A stretch of 63,052 bases of DNA, counting the filler, from Chiloscyllium plagiosum (taxonomy: Eukaryota): the NCBI RefSeq assembly GCF_004010195.1. It is 10 parts of 9 records of this genome, joined end to end, with 100 filler letters (N's around TTAATTAATTAA, not from the genome) between each part and the next. Parts side by side here need not be neighbours in the genome. Positions count along the whole stretch, not along the records: positions 3,642 to 29,886 come from NC_057720.1; positions 29,987 to 34,727 come from NW_025204779.1; positions 34,828 to 37,502 come from NW_025183663.1; positions 37,603 to 39,402 come from NW_025171241.1; 6 more parts are not named here. One strand, written 5' to 3'. Below, in pieces: positions 28,041-39,220 of the stretch. Each line of letters starts with the position of its first letter. Within the stretch, counting starts at the first letter, position 1. The position numbers and the translations under genes were made by a program. The notes under the pieces are model-generated. The model was not told where the DNA came from, did no database searches, and saw nothing but the letters and a program-made list of their open reading frames with translations.

Positions 28041-28256
28041 TGATTTGGAGATGCCGGTGTTGGACTGGGGTGTACAAAGTTAAAAATCACACAACACCAG
28101 GTTATAGTCCAACAGGTTTAATTGGAAGCACACTAGCTTTCGGAGTGACGCTCCTTCATCAGGTGATTGTCACCTGATGAAGGAGCGTCACTCCGAAAGC
28201 TAGTGTGCTTCCATTAAACCTGTTGGACTATAACCTGGTGTTGTGTGATTTTTAAC
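28041..28256. mobile_element. Young palindromic Penelope-derived element with target-site duplication
   Basis: Arms 28079-28166 and 28170-28256 are reverse complements except one indel. ACATTGTGAGACA is duplicated at 28028-28040 and 28255-28267. Confidence 0.9.
28171..28205 (+). ncRNA. Minimal hammerhead ribozyme motif; identical copy on the minus strand at 28131-28165
   Basis: CAC-CTGATGA-A-GGAGcgtcaCTCC-GAAA-GC-TA-GTG: stem I, core, stem II, GAAA, loopless palindromic stem III (AGCT) and CUA cleavage triplet. Confidence 0.7.
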
Positions 28257-29282
28257 ATTGTGAGACAGGCAGCGCTGAGTAACATGATCACACTCCATGC
28301 TGCTTGCAGGTGTCTCTCTGAGTAACATACCCACACTCAAAGAGACACCTACAGGCAGCATTAAGTTAAACACTCACACTCAGAGAGACACAGCCAGTAA
28401 TGTCTGTGAATATCCAAGATTGTTTCAGCGGCTACCCAACATGTAGCAGAGATTGCACAGTGCGATCCCATCAGCTGGGCCAGGACCAACAGAGTGAAGA
28501 GGGAATGCGTCAGATTGTACTTATTGAGTCCTAACAGCTTTCAGTTTCTGTTCTTTTTGGAAACTTCTAACCTGCATTAATTCCTGATTAAAGGGACCAT
28601 TTGAAAATGAGTAATGATTGATGATTGTAATTGATTGACAGGCCAACCAGCTAATCTTGACAATGACTTGCTGAAATGCAGCCAATCATCTAAGGGGTGG
28701 GAGGTGGTCTATTTCCAAAGCACTCAGAGACACCGACTGAATCTTCATCTTTATTCCCTTTTCCAGATTCACATTGACAGAAAAAAAACTGCAATTAACA
28801 ATCCAGACAGAAGAAGCTGCTCAAATTCACGGCCACAATGGAACTGAAGGAAAACACTTTTGGAGATTTGCTCAGTAACACGATAATCCTGTCCCTTTAA
28901 ACAGTGACAAAACCTTAAACAGGAACTGACAGCTAAGCAGGAAGAAGATCTGGTTTACTGAAACAGAGAATTCTGAGGTTCACATTGTTTTATCCAGCTG
29001 ACAGTCTTCAGCAACTTCAAGAGATTTTATTTGGCATCACAAGTCAACACTGACCCCCATCAAACACTCCCAGGACAAGGACAGCATGAGGTTTGACATA
29101 GCATCAAGTCCTCTTGACACTGTCACATTGACCTGCTTTAATATCCAAACCTCAGAAGGTTCTTTGAGCAGTCCTGAGAAGGAAGAGAGTTGAAATTCAG
29201 TGCTGACAATGACCTTTATTCCTGCCAGCTCAGCCCTGTTCTGTTTAAAGTTGTGTCTCCTCTGTGGACTGTCTCCAACACT

Positions 29283-29611
29283 CTACACACATTCTGATCT
29301 CCTGATGCTCTTGCTGAGGGGAGAGGGGAGGGTCACGTGGGTGAGGGCACAGAAGAAGCGAGCGTTGGACTCCCAGTCAGACCCAGAGAGGGTCAGCAGG
29401 CTGCTGACACTGTAGGTGCTGTCCGAAGCTCGAAGGTAGTTGCTGGTCTGAACCCCGTCCGAAATGACTGCACCGCCCTTCTTCCACTGCACCTCCAGCT
29501 CATCGGGATAGAAGTGATTGGCAAGGCACACCAGGGTGGCAGTGCCCTTGGCATTGACCTGCTCCGGGGAGGGGGGCAGCAGGGTCAGCTTGGGCTCAGA
29601 GTTCTCATGGC
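29283..29611 (-). CDS. IGKC: Ig light chain constant exon, kappa (type III/NS4-like), intact
   Basis: Acceptor TCTTTCAG|GC. HENSEPKLTLLPPSPEQVNAKGTATLVCLANHFYPDELEVQWKK...YSVSSLLTLSGSDWESNARFFCALTHVTLPSPLSKSIRRSECV*. AATAAA at 28755-28750. Confidence 0.92.
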
Positions 29612-29986
29612 CTGAAAGACAAGAGAAACAATTTTAATCCCTGCCATTCAAAGGGATTTCAACTCTGAACATTCACTGGCAAAACAATCCATTTGAACAT
29701 TTGTAGTCAATACCTAACAAACCCGACAAAAGAACAGACATTGTTTAAATTGCTTCTTGGGATGTGAGTGTCACTGGCAGAGCCAGCAATTAGTGCCCAT
29801 CCCTAATTGCGCCTGAGAAGGTGATGGTGAAAGAGAAGGGACAGTTTTGGACCATCATTTAGGGAATGAATGTGGGCAGCTGGAAGNNNNNNNNNNNNNN
29901 NNNNNNNNNNNNNNNNNNNNNNNNNNNNNNTTAATTAATTAANNNNNNNNNNNNNNNNNNNNNNNNNNNNNNNNNNNNNNNNNNNN

Positions 29987-31983
29987 TGATTCCAGCCCCA
30001 GGTGACTGCTTCTGCATAGTTTGCACATTCTCCCTGTGTCTGTGTGGGTTTCCTCCCACATTCCGAACATGTGCAGGTTAGGTGAATTGGTCATACTAAA
30101 ATTGCCCATTGTGTTCAGGAATGTGTGAGTTTGGGCCTCTTGGGGCTGCAAGTGTTTAACCTCCCTCATTCAGACAGCTCCCCTCCCTGTAAGGTAATAT
30201 TGCTGCATCTAGTTTAGGGCTAATTGACCATTGAAATATGACTATGGCTCACCAGGATCAGCTGAGCAGGCAGCCACTACTGCAATGACCCTGGCTCCAG
30301 AAAATCCCCTTGTAATCGGGAAACACATTAGGGAACACAGTGTGCACTGATTCTGAAGTCCCTCCCTTAGTGAGAATACACTCTCAGTATTCACCTTTCT
30401 CAGCTACCATCTCAATTTCACGGTAAATTCTGTGAACTATGATCCTGCCCTGCTAGCTACCAGATGAAGGAGCAGCACTCCAAAGGCTTGTACTTCCAAA
30501 TAAACCTATTGGACTCTAACCTGGTGTTGTGTGATTTTTAACTTTAGCCATCTCACTGAGTTCTGTTGCAGTAATCTCAATGGAATTATTGGATACAATC
30601 TTACAACAGCAGAAATATGGGAGGTGTAAATGGAGGGTGCAGACAATGGCTGTGGATGCTGGGTGCAGACAGTGGGTGCAGACGGTGGTGTAGATGGTAG
30701 TGTAGACACGAGCAAGGCTTTGTGTGGTGACCAGACAAGTGGCTGTGTGGAATCACACAAAGAGCAGCCAGTGAGCCTGACACAGTCAGGGACACCCCCT
30801 GGTGCTGAAGGTCACGTTGCTGCTGGTAAAGGTCGCATTTCATCTGGAACTGCACTCCCTCCCTCCACACTCCCCTCTTGTCCCCACATGCCTCATTACA
30901 ACTCCTGGAGATGCCAGCCAGCACCCTGTGCCCTCGCTCAGTCTCCATTGACCTTGTCTCCATTAGCCTTGACCCTCCTTCCAAGCACCTACTTGGGCCT
31001 TCACTGAAGCTTGAGCCATTTCCTCTGATCCTTGATGATGAGTTTGCCGTCTTGGAACAGCTTAACCTAGTCACCATTAACTTGCACTGCCCTCTCAGCA
31101 TGAAGCATAGGTTGACACAGCGCAGAAGAGGCCTTTTGGCCCATTGGGTCTGCACCAACATAGCTACCACGAAAGGCACTCTAATCCCAATTTCCTGCAC
31201 TTGTCCCAGATCCTTAAATGTTATTCTATTTAAAGATTGTGAGGTTTCCACCCTCCACGACCTTCCCTGGCAGAGGGTTGTGTGTTTATAGTTTATATCA
31301 CCTCAGGCTCATGGAGATTAACAAAAGCTTAACTCTTTGGGCTTTTTTCATGGATGGCAAGGTAGCTCAATGGTTAGCACTGCTGCTTCACAGCACTAGG
31401 GACCTGGGTTAATTCCAGCCCCAGGTGACTGCTTCTGCACAGTTTGCACATTCTCCCTGTGTCTGTGTGGGTTTCCTCCCACATTCCGAACATGTGCAGG
31501 TTAGGTGAATTGGTCATGCTAAAATTGCCCATTGTGTTCAGGAATGTGTGAGTTTGGGCCTCTTGGGGCTGCAAGAGTTTAACCTCCCTCATTCAGACAG
31601 CTCCCCTCCCTGTAAGATAATATTGCTGCATTTAGTTTAGGGCTAATTGACCATTGAAATATGACTATGGCTCACCAGCATTAGCTGAGCAGGCAGCCAC
31701 TACTGCAATGACCCTGGCTCCAGAAAATCCCCTTGTAATCGGGCAACACATTAGGGAACACAGTGCGCACAGATTCTGCAGTCCCTCCCTTACTGAGAAT
31801 ACACTCTCAGTATTCACCTTTCTCAGCTACCATCTCAAATTCACGGTAAATTCTGAGAACTATGATCCTGCCCTGCTAGCTTACAGATGAAGGAGCAGCA
31901 CTCCGAAAGCTTGTATTTCCAAATAAACCTATTGGACTCTAACCTGGTGTTGTGTGATTTTTAACTTTAGCCATCTCACTGAG
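29987..31983. repeat. Diverged direct duplication of about 570 bp (29987-30560 and 31410-31983)
   Basis: The same SINE, unique sequence and half-palindrome occur twice. Part is also homologous to 27423-27800, the 3' flank of the other kappa C. Confidence 0.8.
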
Positions 31984-33607
31984 CTGCCATCTCAGACTGA
32001 ATTATTTTTCATCTGAGATTTGAGAAGATTTACGCCTAATCTTCAATCGCCATCACAAAGCCCATTCTCTATCCACCGCTAAGAGACAAATACCTCAGAG
32101 TCACCTGCAGGCATCACAGAGTAGCATTCTCACACTCAGTGAGATACCAACGATCAGAATAGAATAACACACACACTGAGAGAGCCAGACAGCACTGAGT
32201 AACATGCTCACACTCCATGCTGCCTGTAGGTGTCTCTCTGAGCGTGAGCAGGTTACGCAGTGCTGCCAGTCAGTGTCTCTCCTCAGGCAGCTGAAGAAAT
32301 TTGGCCATCTCAATGAGCTGCCATCTCAGACTGTTTTTCATTCATGATTTGAGAAGATTAGAGCCTAATCTTTAATCTCCAGCACAAAGCCCATTCTGTA
32401 TCCACCAGTAAGAGACAAATACCTCAGAGAGATACTGACAGGCTGCACTAAGTAACACACACAGTCAGCGAGACAGGCAGCACTGTGTAAAATGCTCACA
32501 CTCCATGCTGCCTGTAGGTGTGTCTCTGAGTGTCAGCATGTTACTCAGTGCTGCCTGGAGGTGTCTCTCTGAATGTGGGTGTGTTACTCAGTGCTGTCTG
32601 TAAGTATCTGTCTGTGTAACACACACACATACTCATACTCATACTCATACCTCAAAGAGACATGTACAAGCAGCATTAAGTAATGCACTCACNNNNNNNN
32701 NNNNNNNNNNNNNNNNNNNNNNNNNNNNNNNNNNNNNNNNNNNNNNNNNNNNNNNNNNNNNNNNNNNNNNNNNNNNNNNNNNNNNNNNNNNNNNNNNNNN
32801 NNNNNNNNNNNNNNNNNNNNNNNNNNNNNNNNNNNNNNNNNNNNNNNNNNNNNNNNNNNNNNNNNNNNNNNNNNNNNNNNNNNNNNNNNNNNNNNNNNNN
32901 NNNNNNNNNNNNNNNNNNNNNNNNNNNNNNNNNNNNNNNNNNNNNNNNNNNNNNNNNNNNNNNNNNNNNNNNNNNNNNNNNNNNNNNNNNNNNNNNNNNN
33001 NNNNNNNNNNNNNNNNNNNNNNNNNNNNNNNNNNNNNNNNNNNNNNCACGAGACAGAGACTGAATCTTCTTCATCTTTATTCCCTTTTCCAGATTGACAT
33101 TGACAGAAAACAGACTGCAATTAACAGCCCAGACAGAGGAAGCTGCACAAATTCACAGCCACAATGGAGCTTGAGGAAAACACTTGTGGAGATATTCTCA
33201 ATACCATGAGAATCCTGTCCCTTTAAACAGTGACAAAACCTTAAAATGGAACTGGCGGCTGAGCAGGAAGGAGATCTGGTTTACTGAAGCAGAGACTTCT
33301 GAGGTTCACATTGTTTTGTACAGCTGACAGTCTACAGCATCTTTGAAAGTTTTTACTTGGCATCACAAGACAACACTGTTCCCATCATACACTCCCAGGA
33401 CAAGGACAACATGAGATTTGACACAGCATAAAACTCTCTCTAACCTGTCCCAATAACTTGCCTTAACTCCTGAACCTCAGAAGTGTCTCTGAGTCAGTCC
33501 TGAGAAGGAAGAGAATTGAAATTCAGTGCTGACAATGACCTTTGACCTGCCAGCTCAGCCCTGTTCTGTTTTAAGTTGTGTCTCCTCTGTGGACTGTCTC
33601 AAACACT

Positions 33608-33936
33608 CTACACGCACTCTGATCTCCTGATGCTCTTGCTTAGGGGAGAGGGGAGGGTCACGTGGGTGAGGGCACAGGAGAAGCGAGCGTTGGACTCCCA
33701 GTCAGACCCAGAGAGGGTCAGCAGGCTGCTGACACTGTAGGTGCTGTCCGAAGCTCACAGGTAGTTGCTAGTCTGAACCCCGTCCGAAATGACTGCACCG
33801 TCCTTCTTCCACTGTACCTCCAGCTCATCGGGATAGAAGTGATTGGCAAGGCACACCAGGGTGGCAGTGCCCTTGGCATTGACCTGCTCCGGGGAGGGGG
33901 GCAGCAGGGTCAGTTTGGGCTGAGAGTTGTCACGGC
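33608..33936 (-). pseudogene. IGKC: Kappa light-chain C exon with a premature stop
   Basis: Same 329-nt exon as 29283-29611, but CGA is replaced by TGA at 33757-33755 (SNYL*ASD). Confidence 0.9.
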
Positions 33937-35332
33937 CTGAAAGACAAGAGAAACAATTTTAATCTCTGCCATTCAAAGGGATTTCAACTCTTCGAACATT
34001 AACTGGCAAAACAATCCATTTGAACATTTGTAGTCAATACCTAACAAACCCCATAAAAGAACAGGGCCTTTTAAAATTGCTTCTTGGGATGTGAGTGTCA
34101 CTGGCAGGACCAGCATTTATTACCCATCCCTAATTGCGCCTGAGAAGGTGATCGTGACGCAGCAGAGAGAGAAGGGACAGTTTTAGATCATCGTTTATAG
34201 GATGAATGTGGGCAGCTGGAAGGGCTATCAATGGGGGAGCATTTCAGTGACAGTGATCAGAACTCAGTGAGATTGAGAATAGGGAAGGAAATGGAGAACC
34301 ATAGAGCCTGTGTAAAAGTTTTCATTTGGAAATGAACCATTTTACTAAATTGTGCGGTGATTTGGTAAAAATGGACTGGAAACAGCGACTGGACGGGAAC
34401 TCAGTGTCAGGGCAGTGGGAGGCCTCGAAGAACGAGACAGAGATTGTTCAGAATCTGTTCCCACAAAGAGTAAGGGTGGGGATGTACAAATCTAGGCTCT
34501 CAGTCCGGAATGTGTCAAAGCAGGCAGAGTAGGGCAGACCAAACAGGGAAGGTGATGTTGGTTATCTGGTGTTCAATCCTGCAGAAAGCTGAGAGGAGGA
34601 TAGAAAATGCAGGAGTTTAAATGAACAAGAGGAAGGCAAAGAGCTGACAGGATGAAATGGAATAATAGAATTTATAGTACAGAAGGAGGCTATTCCATCA
34701 TGTCTGTGCTGGCTCTAGAAAGAGCTGNNNNNNNNNNNNNNNNNNNNNNNNNNNNNNNNNNNNNNNNNNNNTTAATTAATTAANNNNNNNNNNNNNNNNN
34801 NNNNNNNNNNNNNNNNNNNNNNNNNNNAATGCAATATAGCACCGCAAGAAAATTTTATGACCTGCTTGTCATCAACAAAATTAACAAAATAAATGAAAAA
34901 ATATAATCAGGGTAAGAACATATATTCACGAAGTGAATAATGACATTTTGGCATATTTTAATCATGTTTAGTAATATCTCGAACATCTTTGAATTCTTAG
35001 CGTTTGTTGTTGATAATAAAACTCACAGTCAGGGTGTCACTGACATTAAACATTATTTATAGCTGACTGATTAAGAGACATTAGGTGTTTCAAGTAACCC
35101 AGCCACACAGAAAGACCATCTGATCAAAAAAAGAGATACACCGAGTAACTGACTCCATCATCCCCATTGTAACTATTTGCTGAGCCTTAACTGAAGTCCG
35201 TAATCAGTCTGAACAAAAATCAATCTGAACCAAACCAAACTCAGCACAGAATCTGAGTTTCATTTAATTCAGAAATTAGTCACATGAATAGAAAGTTTTT
35301 AAAAAGTCACTAAGAAAGTTCAAGGGTCTGAC

Positions 35333-35380
35333 CTGAAGTCACTGTCACCATGGTCCCTTGGCCCCAGTAATCAAGATAGT
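35333..35380 (-). CDS. IGHJ: JH segment
   Basis: YLDYWGQGTMVTVTS with the WGxG motif and donor G|GTCAG. Heptamer CACAGTG abuts at 35381-35387; its spacer and nonamer are abnormal. Confidence 0.93.
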
Positions 35381-35723
35381 CACAGTGTTACATTCAGACA
35401 CGTTCTGTCAAATACTATTACAGACTGTAAACTGTAAAATGCAGAGAATTTCTTCACTTCCTAGAAAGCAGTGATTCAGACTCCTCTAAAAATGATTCAG
35501 TGTTATTTCAGCTTTTCAGAGTAACACATGAGCTGATTCTCAAAATCCCCAACTGGGGTATCGATAATTACCCAACACTTTCACAAATTAAATAGTGATA
35601 CTGGCATTAAACCGCACAGAACTAATACTGCAGTGCAAGTTAAGACGGTTTGTCGAAGTAATCACTGACTAGTTTCAAACAATGGAGGCTGAGTAGGTTT
35701 TTGTATTGGTCATAATTGCAGTG

Positions 35724-35738
35724 TCACTCCAGCTATAT
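35724..35738 (-). other. DH2 segment ATATAGCTGGAGTGA with flanking RSS
   Basis: J-facing RSS is CACTGCA-12-ACAAAAACC (35723-35696). V-facing heptamer CACTGTG is at 35739-35745, with its presumed nonamer displaced by an insertion. Confidence 0.85.
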
Positions 35739-36131
35739 CACTGTGAGACACGTTGTGTGTGTCTTCGATCTTCAGGTTCGTTGTGTCAAATACTATGACA
35801 GACTGTAAACTGTAAAATGCAGAGAATTTCTTCACTTCCTAGAAAGCAGTGATCAGACTCCTCTAAAAATGATTCAGTGTGTTATTCCAGCTTTTACGAT
35901 CCATTGTATTTTGAAAGTTTGGAATACTTTTCCAGGTTTGGTCTGCATTGAACTTGACAATCAACACGAAGAAGGTAGAAAAATTATACATTTGTACAAA
36001 CTAGCATACTGGATTGCGTTTAAATTGCATCTCACATTATTTCTCGCTCCTGCCATGGTAGAAATCACCAATTTGAGATAAACACTTGTCAGTGGTTTTT
36101 GTATGAGGATGTCGCTGTGCACAACGCTGTG

Positions 36132-36145
36132 ACCCACTGTAGTAT
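36132..36145 (-). other. DH1 segment ATACTACAGTGGGT with 12/22 RSS
   Basis: D2-facing RSS is CACAGCG-22-ACAAAAACC (36131-36094). V-facing RSS is CACAATG-12-ACACTCATT (36146-36173). Fits the shark V23-12D22-12D12-23J layout. Confidence 0.88.
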
Positions 36146-36533
36146 CACAATGATGTAGACAAGTACACTCATTCTCTGTTCTTTACTCGAGGTCTCAATT
36201 TTCATTTGAAAGAGCCATTTAGTACTGATCATGTTTAGAATTAATGCCATAGTTGACATAACAATTAGCAGTGATTTCCTGAGCTGTCAGATATATTAAA
36301 ACTAACATTTTGTCAGAGCATTTAATTGATGGAAGTGTTAGCAGTACATATGACATGCCCAAAACATTGTCCCATTGTGTCAGCAGTTTGCTAGTTTAAA
36401 TGGTACATTTCCTCTTTGATAGTTTTGTAAGAGGCAGCCTGAGGTCTGCTTCAGATCGCAGTTGGTTTAATTGCATATAAAACTCTTACTGACCGTCAGT
36501 TTATGATGGAATTGACAAAATGTTCCCTCGAGC

Positions 36534-36572
36534 TGTTTTTGAACGGGTCCAGCCCTGGTTCCTCTCGGTGTG
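36534..36572 (-). promoter_or_regulatory. VH 23-RSS
   Basis: CACACCG, 23-nt spacer, TCAAAAACA, directly after YYCAG(D). Confidence 0.85.
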
Positions 36573-36877
36573 GTCTCCTGCACAGTAATAGATGGCGGTG
36601 TCTTCGATCTTCAGGTTCTCCATGTCCAACGCGAAAATGTTGTTTGAAGTGTCTTTGGACGCAGTAAATCGACCCTTAATCGCTGGTGCATAGTTACTGC
36701 TGGATGAACTATAGTAGTACAGCAGCCACTCCAGACCCTGTCCGGGAACCTGTCGGACCCAGTACATGTCGTAGCTGCCAAGATCGAACCCGCTGGTTTT
36801 ACAGGTCAGTTTCAGGCTGCCTGCGGGACGGCCAGTCTCTGCCTCTGGCTGGGTCAAAACAACCTCCGATTGGACAC
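36573..36877 (-). CDS. IGHV: Unrearranged IgM-type VH exon, open frame
   Basis: Acceptor TTTTAAAG|[102 protein letters not shown]. Confidence 0.95.
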
Positions 36878-37004
36878 CTTTAAAAAGAAAACAAATAAAC
36901 CATGAGCATTAATGTTGGTGAATTGATGGCTGAGTCTTTTACATTCCTGCCGTAGACTAACATTGAGACAGTCACAAAGAGAGACTTGAACAAAAAACAC
37001 TCAC

Positions 37005-37053
37005 ATGATAAGAAAGTCAGTAACAAACTGAGAAAAAGTGTCGACACAATCAT
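37005..37053 (-). CDS. IGHV: VH leader exon
   Basis: MIVSTLFLSLLLTFLS with phase-1 donor T|GTGAGT; splices in frame to 36877. Confidence 0.92.
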
Positions 37054-37140
37054 TCTGATAACTTGTGGGAAGTGTTTCTGCTAAGATCTTTCTAAACAGA
37101 GCCGACCCAGGAGTGTTGAATTACGGTCCAGTGCCCAGGA

Positions 37141-37195
37141 TTTATATGGCCATCGGAAGGGGCAGACTTACAGCTTCCGCGGGTTGGTTTCCTGC
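37141..37195 (-). promoter_or_regulatory. Putative VH promoter
   Basis: TATAAA at 37146-37141, about 90 nt upstream of the ATG, with GGAA (Ets-like) motifs just upstream. No canonical octamer seen. Confidence 0.5.
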
Positions 37196-38831
37196 TGGAG
37201 GCTGAGACTGGATCCTGGTATCAGCTTGGACAGCCCGAACACATGGGATCATGTCTTTACATGAGGTTCTGCTTAAACATGGACACATACGCATCTTGGG
37301 ATATTTATTTTGCTGAATAGCTTCTTTGGAAGTAAATTTGAGTAGCTTCAGGTCTGTTTCACATGATAGTTGCATGTATTTTGTTTAAAAAAACAACAAA
37401 TTCAACTGGAAGTTAGCTCCCTTTATTCCTACATTCATTCACAAGCAGATAAAACTAAAATCAAAGTTGAAACATATTACTAGCTAATAAAACAGTTGAG
37501 CTNNNNNNNNNNNNNNNNNNNNNNNNNNNNNNNNNNNNNNNNNNNNTTAATTAATTAANNNNNNNNNNNNNNNNNNNNNNNNNNNNNNNNNNNNNNNNNN
37601 NNGCTGTATTGTTCTATGTTCTATGTTCTATAAATATGTGTCTTTAGGTGAGAGCCAGTATATGTGTCATTACGTGTGTATTTGCGATCATCTCTCTGTA
37701 TCTGCTCTGATACCAGACTGCAATTTTTATTATTCTAATTTATTGTTCTAATTTTACTGGATTGCCCATAATTCGATTTGACCTTGGTGTTGTAGGAAAC
37801 ATTTCCAAACGTCGTGGAGAGACAAGTGTTTTATGAGCAACTCTTCTGTTGCAGTGATAGAACTTCCATCTCTGAGAGAAAAGGCGTGAGTTCAAATCCC
37901 CACTGATAACATTTCTGAATATGTTTATTATAAAATGTCTACTTGTATTCTGTATGTGAAACAAAATGATATCAGGTATTTGAATACCAGAATTGATCGC
38001 AGTATGGAATTCAAACTGGGACGATGCAAACACCAGTTTTGGATTGTGGGAATCAATGTTAATCATTTGTTAACAGAGCCAAGCGTGTCCAACATGCTTC
38101 AAAGGTATTATTTTTCATGGAAATGTTAAATTTTTGGACAGTAAGCAAGAAGCGGACTGTTCCTGTTAGTAACTGGGTTACATTACAGAGGACATCTACC
38201 ATGAAAACTCTGCACAGGGAGCAAGAGGACAGACCATTCATAGTTCCCCTCCCCTCTGCTCCACGACAAATTATCTGTTGATTGTCTTTGGTGTGAAAGT
38301 GAAGATACATTCTGTCAACTCATGCGCTAGCGCAAGATCCCAGAAACAAAGGTTACATTCAAACTGTTCTGCACTATTTACGATTGGTATGTTCCAATCG
38401 AATTTAATTTTAAAGTGTCTTAAATTTACATTTCCAATTGGTGCAATGTGGCAGTTTAAAACTGACATGAATTTTGTAAGAATGCCCAATCGGGGGAATC
38501 AAGAACACTAAGTTCAAAACTCGTGCTCTACCCTTGACATAAAATGGACTTTGTCAGATTTTGTTAAGAGGGATTTAGGATGGATAAGGTACTTGGCGGA
38601 ATCCTGCAATGAGAGAACTTTAGTCTGTCTCTGACCCAGGGTGTATCTGAGCAGAGAACATTAACTGCACAAGACACTCGTCCTAGATCTGTTAATAATC
38701 CACTTTAACTACACAGATGGAATGTAAGTCAGAGTGGGAAACAACTAATTCAGTATTTAACTCACAACTGAAGGGGAAAGAAACGCTTCATTGCTTCTGT
38801 TGAATTATTAAATGCAACTTTGAGATTTTTA

Positions 38832-39220
38832 TTAACATGAATTAACAATGTCCATCAGTGCAAGTGAAATGTTTACGAAACTCGGTTTACCGCTGGATTT
38901 ATCGACTGTTCTGTTGATGATCTTCAATGGAATCGCTTCAGGTCCCACCACACAGGAGTAAGAAGCACCGCTGGCCCACTCCTCCGCTGTAATGGATAAC
39001 AGGCTGTACATGAAGAAGGAGATCTTGTCACTCTCCGCCATCACCTCGGTGTTCTTGTAGTTACTGGGATTCACCGGCTTGTCATTGTTTGTCCACTTGA
39101 AGAAGATCTCTCGGGGGAAGAAACCTCTCACTAAACAAGTGAGGGAGAGACACCTCTGAGCGGAGATTTCTTCTGTTGGTGGCAGGAGGACCGACACTGA
39201 TGGCTCCAGCGGATTAATCA
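38832..39220 (-). CDS. IGHM: IgM CH4 plus secretory tail, divergent paralog (possible pseudogene)
   Basis: Paralog of 2789-3180 with F>C (QRCLSL), S>F (GFFP), H>P (CVVGPEA) and terminal Q>stop (ends NSC*). Confidence 0.85.

Noticed and set aside
32645-33120. Long ORFs full of X here and at 40053-40691 and 56938-57963
   Set aside because: Artefacts of translating N gaps.
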